From Eledone cirrhosa (taxonomy: Eukaryota), in the NCBI GenBank assembly GCA_964016885.1, contig OZ024744.1, positions 41,354,001-41,418,000 on the forward strand: a stretch of DNA of 64,000 nt, read 5' to 3'. Shown piece by piece: positions 24,001 through 35,899 of this stretch. The notes beneath the pieces were generated by a model. It searched no databases. It had not been told where the DNA came from and worked only from the letters and a program-made list of their open reading frames with translations. The translations under genes and the position numbers were made by a program. Within the stretch, counting starts at the first letter, position 1. Each line of letters opens with the position of its first letter.

Positions 24001-26480
24001 TATTGGCATCTGCTGGGCAGCTAACTTCCACTACTGTGCATGCTTTCTTCTCCATGTCCCATATCATATTATGTATGTATGTATCATGTATGTATGTATG
24101 TATGTATGTATGTCAGGTCACCACTTGGTGCTACTGGTAACATGTATTCCAGTACAACCTGTCCCATGGTCGGGTCGTTGGTGACTAAACTGGCAACCAC
24201 ACCAAGGTTTCTTGGTGAGGAGGGTGACTTTGGACATCCTGCAGGACTAAAAACAAAACCTGTCAAAGGGCAAAGGAGCTCTTAAGAGTCAATGGCCATC
24301 CAAAATCACCGGGAGAGATGACCCCTTAGCCTTTGTCAAGGCAGAATTCTAGGAGAAGGAAAACTCTGATATAACACCTGCAACTCTGATGATATCCAAT
24401 GATGTTGACTTGTTCTTCTTTTTGCTAAATATCATCTTGGTTAAGAGAGTGGGACTGGCTTTGTGCAGTGCCTTTGCTCACTATAAAAGCTTCACGGCAC
24501 AGGCATTGCTTTATATCTGGAGATCTCTCTGCACTTGTCATCACATGGTACCATGGGCCTAGCACTATGTGTCAATAATTGTCACAAGTGTAGTGTTTGT
24601 ACCAGAGTTTTCAAGTCGCTGGCTGGACTAAAGTCACATTCGTTCAGCTCATCGGTAGGAGTTCTCCTACATGGATATAAAGTAGTGGCCATACTCGAAA
24701 ACGAGTTGGCAGCCACCATGTATGTATGTATGTCAGGTCACCAGTTGGTGCTACTGGTAACATGTATCCCAGTACAACCTGTCTCACGGTCTGCTCGTTG
24801 GCGACTAAACTGGCAACCCCACCAAGGTTTCTTGGTGAGGAGGGTGACTTTGGACATCCTGCAGGACAAAAAAAAAAACCTGTCAAAGGACAAAGTAGCT
24901 CTTAAGAGTCAATGGCCATCCAAAATCACCAGGAGAGATGACCCCTTAGCTTTTGTCAAGGCAGAATTCTAGAAGGAAAACTCTGATATAACACCTGCAA
25001 CCTGATGGTATCCAATGATGTTGACTTGTTCTTCTTTTTGGTAAATATCATCTTGGTTAAGAGAGTGGGACTGGCTTTGTGCAGTGCCTTTGCTCACTAT
25101 AAAAGCTTCACAGCACAGGCATTGCTTTATATCTGGAGATCTCTCTACACTTGTCATATGGTACCATGGGCCCAGCACTATGTGTCAATAATTGTCACAA
25201 GTGTAGTGTTTGTACCAGAGTTCTCAAGTCGCTGGCTGGACTAAAACGTCACACTCGTTCAGCGTACCGGTAGGGGTTCTCCTACATGGATATAAAGTAG
25301 TGGCCGTACTCGAAAACGAGTTGGCAGCCACCATGTATGTATGTATGTTTGTATGTATGTATGTATGTATGTATGCATGCATGCATGCATGTGTGTGGGT
25401 ATGTATGTATATATGTATTTGTACGTATGCATGTATGTGTGCAAGTGAATGTGTGTATGTATATATGTATGTATGCATGTTCTTCTGGTTTTGTAATTTC
25501 ACAAATCTTTGCCAATAGAGAGAGAGTCGGTTTCTAACATAGACACAAGACTCTCTCACTGGAATTTACACAACATCAACTAGGTAAATATGTATGTATG
25601 TCTGCATGCATGTGTAGATATGGATGTTATTGTATGTGTGGATGTGTATGTTTTGAGTTGTATGTGTGCATATGTATATGCTTTGTATCTGTAAAAGTGT
25701 ATATGCAGTTATAAGATGCAACATTTTTGAAATGTTCTACACATTTTTACTGTTCAACTAATGGATTCTACTTGTAATTTCCTAACTAGTTGTGTTCTTA
25801 CTGTTTCTGGGAAGCCCAGCTTCTCAAGATTTGTACTGAGGCAGTTACTATCATATCCCAGTGCCCCAATAATCACAGGTATAAATCTGAAGGTATAGTA
25901 GGGTGAAGTATGTATGTATGTCGGGTCACTCTTGAGTGCTACTGGTAACATGTAACCCAGTACAACCTGTCGCATGGTCAGGTCGTCGGTGACTAAACCG
26001 GCAACCCCACCAAGTTTACTTGGTGAGGAGGGTGATTTTGGACACACTACAGAACAAAAAACAAAACCTGACAAAGGGCGGAAGAACTCATAAGAGTCAA
26101 CGGCCATCCAAAAGTGTGTAAATATGTATACACACATGTATGTATATGCGCAGGGACATAGAAATAGTTGGCTGCAGTTAAACCACTGGGAGTGAAGGAC
26201 CCCTAGCCTTTGTCAGGGCATTCTTCTAGGAGAAGGCAACTCAGGAAACTGGGATAACTCCGATATAAAGCCTGCGGCTCAGTAGTTACCGATGATGTTG
26301 ATCTTTTCTTTTTTTGGGGGTTATAGCTACTGTCGCTCAGAGAGTGGGATTGGCTCAGTGCACACTCTTCCCTCACTTTAAAAAATATCTCACGCACAGG
26401 CATTGCATGATACAATTAATTAATAATGTTATATCGTGCAATGGCCATACTCGATAATGAGGTGGCAGCCATCATCATGT
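21085..26480 (+). repeat. Tandem array of ~600-bp bipartite RTE-derived non-autonomous elements in (TATG)n
   Basis: Copies at 21085-21658, 21665-22095 (variant), 22733-23340, 24112-24720, 24732-25335, 25920-26480 (variant). RTE 5'UTR-type motif CTAGGAGAAGGAAAACTCTG; C2H2 remnant CSVCTRVFKSLAGLKSH in the main variant; 3' hairpin plus (TATG)n. Confidence 0.8.
22326..22680 (-). mobile_element. Restriction-like-endonuclease LINE 3' fragment (duplicated at ~23713-24067, partly at ~25712-25905)
   Basis: IWDMEKKACTVVEVSCPAD..K..Y..L..PVIIGALG..GTVKICKTF. Confidence 0.75.
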
Positions 26481-27033
26481 ATGTATGTATGTGTGTATGT
26501 ATACACGTGTGTGTGTAAGTATGTATATATGTATGAAAGTATGTATGTATGTTTGTATATATGTATGTTTGCATGCATGTATGTAGACATATATGTGATT
26601 TGGTGTGTATCATTATTAAAATAAGATGGCCAAATTGTTAAGAATTTTGCTTCACAATCATTAGACCTCAGATTCAACCTGACATGAAAACCCATGGCTT
26701 GAGAGGGCAATTGGTTAGGCAGAAGCTGTTTAGAAGCCCATTGGATGGACTGTAACTGTAATTCAAACAACAAGCCTTGTCACAATCTGTGTCATGATGA
26801 ATCTCTCTGAATATTATGTTAAGTGTGCATGTCTGTGTGGAATGCTCAGACACTTATACGTTAATTTTACGATCTGGTTACACAGTTGGTCGAACAACTG
26901 GAGCATGCATCGTCGAAACTAACGAAAGTCCATTTCATTATATTCCATTAAAGTGAGATTTTCAAAGATTTATATGTATGTATATATATATACACACATA
27001 TACCACCACCACCACCATCATCATCATCATATT

Positions 27034-27111
<78 letters not shown>

Positions 27112-27579
27112 TTTAAGTTGATTTCCATGCTAACCATTGGTTGGACAAGTAGTCATATAAGTGTGAGTGTCAGTGTGAGTGTGTGTACGTATGTGTGTGT
27201 GTGTGTGTGTATGTGTGTATGTGTGATTGAAATATCATAAATGTGTATGGATATTTGGTACGAGATGAGAACAGTTTGGACAATTAAGTAAAATTAGCAT
27301 TGAAATTCAACATATAGAAATTCTCTAGAGTTATTTTTTATTCTATCAAGATCTTTGTTGAGTCAATTAGTCAATTACTTATAGAATATTTTCATTATCA
27401 TTGTGAATTCTATTCACAATGATATATGTTTATATAGGTCATTAGATATGACATACAAGTGTTTAATATAATGCATCTGAGACATTTTACTCACAAAAGG
27501 TTCAATAAATACTTAAGAAGACTTTAAAATATTCAGAGCTATGACTATATGGGTATATATATATATATACATATATATA

Positions 27580-27851
27580 TATGTTGAATGCTCTACTAAC
27601 TATATAATATAGATGCAGCAAGATCTAGGTAAATTGATGTCTATTGAAACGTACGTTAGAACCGAATAAATCTCTTTTACTGCATCTTTCTGTTCTTTTT
27701 GATTCTTTATACACGCCCCGGAGTATAGCTAAACTGGAATATACACCTATTTTCTGCATTTCGTTGAGCACCACTCTGTTGTAAGCTGACCTTCCCCTAC
27801 ACGGTACATAACACTGTGTCCTGGAAAACCTTAATGCACTCGTGCATAACC

Positions 27852-27860
<9 letters not shown>
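27580..27860 (+). mobile_element. Penelope-like fragment between (TA)n tracts with 3' half of a minimal hammerhead
   Basis: GAAAC-GTAC-GTT (palindromic stem III) at 27646-27657 followed by AATAAA; 5' core half absent. Confidence 0.35.
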
Positions 27861-27908
<48 letters not shown>

Positions 27909-28069
27909 ATATATATTATATATATATATGGAAACTTAGAGATTACAAGCTGGGATGCCCTGTACTAACAGTCAGAACTTTACCTCATTAATGAATATGT
28001 ATGTATATGCATGCATGTGTCTGTGTGTGTAATACATATAAATATATATAATTTATAATATATATATAT

Positions 28070-28330
28070 CATCATCATCATCATCATCATTTTACGTCCG
28101 CTTTTCCCTGCTTGCAAGGGTGGGACGGGTCATATTCAGCACAGCATCTCTCCACTCGTCACGGTCCCTCGTCATCTCCACCGTGAGCTTCAATGATCTG
28201 AGGTCTGTTCTCACCACCTCCGCCCATGTTTTTCGTGGTCTACCTCTACCACGTCTTCCTTCAACTGGCAATTCCTGGCACTTCTTCACCCATCGGTCAT
28301 CCTCCATGCGCATCACATGTCCATACCACC
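28070..28330 (-). mobile_element. RTE LINE 3' end, young and 5'-truncated
   Basis: WYGHVMRMEDDRWVKK..GRRGRGRPRKTW; tail ...GCGGACGTAAAA then (TGA)n. Confidence 0.9.
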
Positions 28331-28332
28331 TC

Positions 28333-28367
<35 letters not shown>

Positions 28368-28510
28368 CAGGGGCAAAGGGTGCGTGCATGCGTTATAGAA
28401 TCTTGAGTTGATTAATTGTGTCGGTTGAAGCAAGCAGAATTTACGCTGCTTACCAAATCGTAGACACATAAAAAGATAACACACACACACACACATAGGC
28501 AGCAACTGCA

Positions 28511-28945
28511 GAATTACATTTAAGATATATATGCTGAATCTTCCTGAGAATTACATTTGAGCGTACACTGCTGAATCTTCCATCAATTGAAGAGCATTGG
28601 CCTTGCAATCGAAAGGTTGTGAGTTCAATTCTCAGACTGGGTGATATGTTGTTTCCTTGAGCAAGACATTGCTCCAGTTTACTCAGCTGTAGAAATGAGA
28701 TGATAGGGACTGGGATCCATATCATTCCACTGCAAAGTGGTCGTGGAGGTGCCACGGCAAAAAAAACAGCACCCAGCCCACACTGTAAAGTGGATGTGTA
28801 GGCGCCAAAGAAAAAAAAAGCACCCACCACTCACTGTAAATGAGGTTGGTGTTAGGAAGGGCATCCAGCTGTAGAAATCAAGCCAGAATCAGTTCCCGTC
28901 CCACTCTTGCAAGCAGGGGAAAGTGGACGTAAAATGATAATGATG

Positions 28946-28976
<31 letters not shown>

Positions 28977-29009
28977 TATATATATATGTGTATATATATA
29001 TATACACAT

Positions 29010-29041
<32 letters not shown>

Positions 29042-29390
29042 GTCTATATATATATGTATATATATACATATATATATATATATATACATATATATATAGA
29101 CATATATATATATATAATTAAATATCAGACAGGAACAAAAAACAGAGAGGCAGTACAAATGGTAGTTTATTAGGTTCATGCTTTTATATATATATATACA
29201 TATATAATGTATATTCCTGCTGCCTGAGAATGAAAGTGGTCCTTATATATGAGAAGGAAAAAGTAAAACATGTAATATAGAAATTAGTTATTCTAAATTC
29301 CATTCATTCTTCAATTGATGGAAGATTCAGCAGTGTACGCTCAAATGTAATTCTCAGGAAGATTCAGCATATATATCTTAAATGTAATTC
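28511..29390. repeat. Perfect 83-bp inverted repeat (arms 28511-28593 and 29308-29390)
   Basis: Arms are exact reverse complements, built from a ~37-bp minisatellite. Confidence 0.9.
28592..28945 (+). mobile_element. tRNA-derived SINE family 1 (RTE-tailed)
   Basis: Same family as 33095-33418. Confidence 0.85.
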
Positions 29391-29589
29391 TTAGGGAGTT
29401 TCAGCATGTGTGCACTTAACTGTAATTCTCAGTGTATAAATATATATGTATAAATATGCATGTGCATACACACATACACACACACTTGTATAAATCAATA
29501 TGTGTATATAGCAGTTATTGGCAAATAGTGGAAATTAATCTTTAAAAATGTGTAACCCCCCCCCCCCCGCCATATGTTGTTACTGTCTC

Positions 29590-29758
29590 TTCCTTCTCTG
29601 GGACCCTGCGCCCTTCCTATTACTCCCTTTTGTTCTAAGTATTACTTCCTTCACTGTGACCCTGTGCCCTTTCTATTACCCCCTTTTATTCTAGATATCA
29701 GTTCCTTCACTGGGACCCTATGGCCTTCCTATTACCCCCTTTTGTTCTAGGTATCACC
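29590..29758. repeat. ~56-bp minisatellite, 3 copies
   Basis: Unit TTCCTTCACTGGGACCCTG..CCTATTACCCC..TTCTAG. Confidence 0.8.
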
Positions 29759-29824
29759 ACACCTGAGTGTTTAATGGGAGATACATTTTGTGGTATGACA
29801 GGTGTGACGATGTGTTGGTGTTCA

Positions 29825-31887
29825 TTCATGTCCTCTTTTGTCAACCAGACAAAGAGTGACCTGGTGGTGGAATGGCATGGTAGATAGAGCCATTAGAGAC
29901 AAAAGACTGGCATAGAAGGTTTGGAAAAATGGTGGGAGTAGAGAAGGATACACAGTTGCTAAAAGAGAAGCTAGACGTCAGGTGTACTTAGCACGCAGGG
30001 AGGCTGAGAGTAGGAGGTTTGCCAATGTTCTGTGACGGGAAGATCAGAGACGTGTGGTGTCCCGCATTGCAAGGCAGTGTGTCAGTGCAAATCAGGATGG
30101 TGTTGGAGATAAGTGTGTCTGAAATGATGCCGGTGTACTTAGTGTCACGAATTATCAGAAAAAGAAGGCCTGGAAATGTCATTATGAGAGACTGATGAAT
30201 GTGGAGAACGAATGGGAGAGAGAGAAATTACCCCCAGTAGACCCGACAGAGGCACCAGCTATTAAGATTGACGAATATAGGGTACAAGAGGCAATTAAGG
30301 AAATTAAGAATGGTAAGGCTGCTGGACCATCGGGGATAGTTGCTGAGATGCTGAAGGCATCAGGAGAAATAGGCACTAAACTGGTTGCACACATCGTCAA
30401 TCAAGCTATATATGGCGGTGTCATACCCAAAGACTGGTGCAGCAATATTCTCATAAATTGCTACAAAGGTAAAGGGGATGCTCTGGAGAGAAGTAATTAT
30501 AGGGGCATAAAGCTACTGGATCAGGTTATGAAAGTGGCAGAGAGAATATTAGCGCAACTAATTAGAGAAATGGCCAAATTAGTTTGGTTTTGTGCCTCGG
30601 AAAAGTACAATAGATGCCCTCTTCTTAGTGAGGCAACTACAAGAGAGGTTCTCAGAGAAGAATAAGTCACTATACTTAGCTTTTGTTGACCTAGAGAAGG
30701 CCTTTGATAGGGTACCTCGATCTGTCATCCGGTGGTCCCTAAGGAAACTAGGCATAGAAGAATGGCTTGTGAGGACAGTGCAAGCTATGTACAGGGGTGC
30801 TGTCAGTAAAGTCAGGGTAGGAATGGAGTTTAGTGAGGAATTCCAGATACAAGTAGGTGTACATCAGGGTTCGGTCCTCAGCTCGCTCTTGTTAATTATA
30901 GTCCTCCAAGCCATAACAGAGGAGTTTAAGACTGGATGCCCATGGGAACTTCTCTATGCTGATGATCTGGTTCTTATAGTAGAATCAGTAGAGGAGCTAG
31001 AGAAGGAATTCTGGTTATGGAAACAGCAGTTGGAATCAAGAGAGTGAACATAACTAAAACAAAAGTGTTGATAAGTAGAAGGGAAATGGCCATGTTCGAT
31101 ATGTAGGAAAGGAACTGGCATAAATTCCATAAAATGTATGCAATGCAGATCTTGGGTACACAAGAGATGTAGTGGGATAGCAGGCAAACTAACAGGTAGG
31201 GAAAACTATGTATGCAGTAGATGTACAGGGAAAGTTGGCAGTAGTAATCGCAGTGATAGACACATTTTTCCAATGCAGGTGGGTTCTATAGAAGTGGTTG
31301 ATAGCTTCCAGTGCCTAGGTGATCAGATTAGCATCAGATTAGCATCAGAATAAGGACAGGCTGGAAGAAGTTTAGGGAGCTGCTTACTCTGTTAATAAAG
31401 GAGGGTTTCTCCCTGCATATGAAAAGAAGATTATATGATGCCTGTGTGAGATGCGTGATGCTGCATGGTAGTGAGACATGGGCAGCAACTGCAGAGGATA
31501 TGCGACGGCTGGAGAGAAATGAAGCAAGCATGCTCAGTTGGATATGCAATGTCAATGTGCATGAATGACCAAGCATAGACGAGTTGAGAAAGAAACTGGG
31601 TATAAGTTGTGGTGTGCAGGAGAGAAGACTGAGATGGTATGGACATGTGATGTGCCTGGAGGATGACTGCTGGGTAAAGAAGTGCCAAGAAATCCCAGTA
31701 GAAGGAAGACATGGTAGAGAAAGACCAGGAAAAACATGGGCGGAGGTGGTGAGAGCAGACCTCAGATCGCTGAAACTCACCGAGGAGATGACGAAGGACC
31801 ATGAAAAGTGGAGAGATGCTGTGCTGAATAGGACCCATCCAACCCTTGCAAGCAAGGAAAAGCAGATGTAAAATGATGAAGATGATG

Positions 31888-31890
<3 letters not shown>
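29825..31890 (+). mobile_element. Decayed RTE LINE (RT, PHD-like insert, 3' end)
   Basis: VTWWW, KAAGPSG, DLEKAFDRV, LLYADDL, WPCSICRK, RLRWYGHV, across frameshifts. Confidence 0.92.
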
Positions 31891-31922
<32 letters not shown>

Positions 31923-32511
31923 TATGTGATTTAGTGAATTACTTATGGTGGTACCAAAAGGAGCACTTGATGCGTAGGCAGAGTATATGTAGTAATAAAA
32001 ATGATGAAGCTCCATTTATATGTATTAAATTTTAGATACATCATAAAAAAACTAACTACATGAAAATGAAACTTCATCGTTTTTGTTAATATATATTTCT
32101 GTATATATAAAATTATTTGTCTTTCTGCCTGTCTTGTCTGTCTCTCTTTTCCTTATGCCATCCCAAATGGCTCAGCCAATTCAAATGAAATTTTACAAGT
32201 ATTATACCCCGAGAGTGTTAAAATATATTCTTTATTTTATAGTTTTATAACATCAAAGAAGAAAAACATCCTGGGTATGCTAACCAGCCTGACTGCTATT
32301 TCTAGCAGGCTCGGAATTAACCATAAGGGATTCTCTCAGTGCGTTTGTTGTCAGTGATGAACAGGTTTTGCGATCAGCGTCTCCAATTTGAACACTGGTT
32401 TACACACACACATGCACATATACACATACATGCACATAGACACACATGCACACACACACACACACAGACACTGACATGCATTTATAAACAATTTATAAAC
32501 AATTATCTACA

Positions 32512-33081
32512 TCTATATATATATATGATTATCTATATATATTTATAATATAAAAGATTGGAACTCCCCATCATCTTTTAAGAAACCTGGACCAGCCACA
32601 TCTATGCATACGCTTAACAGTCCGGCAGATGGTGAACTATCTCCTAGAGGTCACTATCAAGGAGAAAATGCATTTATTCCCAAGATTCCTCTCATCCCTT
32701 TCTCTACTGAGCTGCTGTTCTAATTATCAAGACTTCAGTTCCCTGTTAGAGCCAGTTTTGCGATGACCATAAATAAAGCCCAGCTTCAGAGTCTCAAAGT
32801 TGTAGAATTGAATACAAGAGAATCGCTTTTTAGCCATGGACCGTTATATGTAGGTTGTTCACGAGTGGAAACACCCAGAAATCTTCATATACTATCCACG
32901 AATGGTGTATCTGGAAGATTTTTTACTGTTTATTTATTTTTTTGTCACACACATACAGACGCACTCCATGGTCCCGCCTTCATACAGTAAGCCAGACAGC
33001 ACATCCAATACAGTTGTTTTCCCTTCTACTGGCCTTCTCTTATCATGTGTTTACCTGGACAAAGCTGGGTAATTTAACTAG
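32512..33081 (+). mobile_element. Helitron remnant with Pif1-like helicase C-terminal fragment
   Basis: RLQFPVRASFAMTINKAQLQSL..FSHGPLYVGCSRV; 5' TC; 3' imperfect hairpin plus CTAG|T. Confidence 0.8.
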
Positions 33082-33094
33082 TATATATATATAT

Positions 33095-33418
33095 GGAGGC
33101 ACATGGCTTAGTGGTTAGAGCATTGGCCTTGCAATCGAAAGGTTGTGAGTTCAATTCTCGGACCGGGTGATATGTTGTTTCTTTGAGCAAGACACTTTAT
33201 TTCACATTGCTCCAGTTTACTCAGCTGTAGAAATGAGATGATAGGGACTGGGGTCCATATCATTCCACTGCAAAAAAGCACCCAGCACTCACTGTAAATG
33301 AGGTTGGTGTTAGGAAGGGCATCCAGCTGTAGAAATCAAGCCAGAATCACTTCCCGTCCCACCCTTGCAAGCAGGGAAAAGCGGACGTAAAATGAAATGA
33401 TGAAAATGAATGATGATG
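33095..33418 (+). mobile_element. tRNA-derived SINE family 1, full length
   Basis: A-box TGGCTTAGTGG, B-box GAGTTCAATTC, CORE-like TTGAGCAAGACACTTT, GGTGTTAGGAAGGGCATCC, tail identical to the RTE 3' end. Confidence 0.9.
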
Positions 33419-33958
33419 AAATATACATAAAGGTTTTAATTTTTAAGAATTTAGTTTTTATAGGCAAATCCCAGCATTTGTATTGTTGGGTAGATTATTA
33501 TGTAATAAATATTTCTCTGAAGAGATGGACATTAATACCCAGTAGCATGTAATAAACAAGTATGTAATAAGCCAGATTCCGTAGGCTACTACTCAATGCA
33601 TAAAAGCACATGTCAGAAATAATTAATAAATGAATTAATAATTGTTTCTACTTTTGGCACAAGGCCAGCAATTATCCCAGTGTATTACTGGTACTTTATT
33701 TTATCGACCTCGCAAGGACAAAAGGTAAAGTTAACTTCGGCGCGATTTGAACTCAGAATAGCAAGTACCGAAACTCTATGCTTGGCGTCCGACCCTCTAC
33801 CGATTCTGCCAATCCATTAATAATGAACATCAACATGTATATCTTACTGTCTTTTCATCAACAGTGACTATTAATAATATATTCCTCACCCCGAGCAGAT
33901 AAATCTTCCCCCGTGCGGATATATATATATATATATATATATATGAGTGTGCGTGTGG

Positions 33959-34035
<77 letters not shown>

Positions 34036-34302
34036 CACATATATATATATATTTATATATATTTATATAAACCACTGTAAAGTGGTCGTATAGGTGTCAT
34101 GACTAAAAGCAACCAGCCTACACTGTAAATGTGTAAATGTGGTTGACGCTAGGAAAGGCATCCAGCCGTAGAAGACTGGCCAAAATCACTCCCATATGAG
34201 TGAGGCACGGTCACCCGACCCAACTTGGCTCTAAATGGGACAAAACCGTCTAATCCATGCTACCGTGGAAGATAGATGTTAATTAATGATGATGATGATA
34301 TA

Positions 34303-34490
34303 ATTGTTTCTACTTTTGGCACAAGGCCAGCAATTACCCAGTACATTACTGGTACTTTATTTTATTGACCTCATAAGGATGAAAGACAAAGTTAACCTCA
34401 ACGGGATTTGAACTCAGACCTTAATGGGACGTAACTATGCTAGAAAGCATGGCGTCCAACCCTCTACTGATACTGCTAATTCATTGCCCT
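34303..34490 (-). mobile_element. SINE family 2 (further copies near 2170, 15957, 33641, 50110, 50281, 56745)
   Basis: Family 2 consensus. Confidence 0.8.
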
Positions 34491-35119
34491 TGACGATGAT
34501 GATATAATATATGATATTTTGTGTTGCTGAACTCATGATTTTGGCATAGATTTTCTAAGTGGATGTTCTTCCTATCATCAACTACTTTACAGCCAGAAAA
34601 GCAAAACCTAAGACTTTCTAATAAAATTGTATTCTATTATGCATCAGAAACTGTTGAGAGAATAAAAGAAATCTTAAAAATGAATCCAATTTCTTGACTC
34701 AATAGTTTACATCTTGTGGTTTGTTCCTACTTAACCTCAAATGATTCTGCTAATAGGATTCTTTCAAAGCAATAAAGTTCATATGATGTCATCTAATTCT
34801 TTTTGTCTTTTGTGTTTTATTTATTTATTTATTTATTTATTTATTGTTCATTAAGGAAATTAAGAATGCCAATTACAATAAATTGTTCAGAGACAGAGAG
34901 ACAGATTATACTCTGAAGTTATAAGTGTTATCAAGAAAACAAATCAGATTATAACGAAACATCCTCAGATTGCTGTTAATGCTTTGGATAACATTTCTTT
35001 CACAGTATGAGCCAGCATTAAGAGACACATATATGTACTAGAAACAACAGTCAAATAATTCATGTTCGTCAAACCATACCCTCCTAAAATTCTAATGTTC
35101 TACCAACTGAAATTATATA

Positions 35120-35830
35120 TACTGGCAAAGACTAAAGTCCTAATAAGTAGAAAAGAAAATAGAATCTTGATTCCTTCAGGAAAATGCCCTTGCTCTGTGT
35201 GCAGGAAAGGAGTGGATAGAAATTCCACCCTCTGTCCCAATGGCAAACTATGGGTACACAAGAGATGTAGTGGGATTTTAGGCAGACTGGCAAAAAAACA
35301 TAGGTTTTATATGTGGTTGATGCACAGGAACTGTAAGCAGCAATCAATCACAGGAATTAAATACTTTATTAAATACTCAGAGAGCTCCATAGAAGTAGTT
35401 GATAGCTTCTGTTATCTGAGTGACCAAATTAGCAGTGGAGGTGGGTGTTCTGAAAATACATTAGCTAGGGTGAGAACTGGATGGAAAAGGTTCAAGGGTT
35501 CAAGGTGCTACTACTTCTGCTAACTACAAAGGGTTTTTCCTTCAAAATGAAAGGCAGATTGTATCATGTGTGTATGAACAGTAATGCTGTATGGAAGTGA
35601 GACATGGGTACTGTGGGAAGAGGGCTTACAAATATTGGAAAGAAAAGAAGCTTGCATGCTTTGATGGATTTGTAATAATAGTGTGCATGAACAAAGCATC
35701 AATGAATTGAGAGAGAAACAGTGTTATGTAGAGCAATTTGAGATCAGTTCTCACTACTTCCATCCATGTTTTCTTTGGTCTTCTTCTATTGCCGCTTCCC
35801 TCCACTTGCCTGACATATCGGATCATAGTT
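35120..35830 (+). mobile_element. Decayed RTE fragment (PHD region onward); last ~105 bp inverted
   Basis: KTKVLISR..CPCSVCRKG..VVDSFCYL; 35725-35830 encodes RRRPKKTWMEVV on the minus strand. Confidence 0.8.
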
Positions 35831-35899
35831 TGGTAAGAGTTTGGTTAAAATAAATTTATTATGACCACATAAACGAAAAGGCAATCCCAAATTCAACCT

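Noticed and set aside
24112-24230. Assignment of the leader as an HDV-like, twister or pistol ribozyme
   Set aside because: P1/P3/L3 or pseudoknot pairings could not be satisfied by eye; left unclassified.
21085-26480. CRISPR-like or zinc-finger gene cluster
   Set aside because: Eukaryotic context; units are ~600-bp retroelement derivatives with no unique spacers and no intact multi-finger ORF.
28427-28468. Nested stems TGTGTC/GACACA and AAGCAG/CTGCTT resembling a hammerhead
   Set aside because: Neither CTGANGA nor GAAA is correctly placed.
33095-33165. tRNA gene
   Set aside because: A/B boxes continue into a SINE body with no proper acceptor stem or terminator; it is a SINE head.
34590-35010. 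Protein-like plus-strand stretches (..AVNALDNISFT, reminiscent of an ABC domain start) and a CTGAA..GAAAC motif
   Set aside because: Frames are interrupted by stops, no supporting Walker-motif exon was found, and the ribozyme core is incomplete.
35725-35830. Twin-priming inversion of an RTE
   Set aside because: Fragments are tail-to-tail, not the head-to-head geometry twin priming produces.
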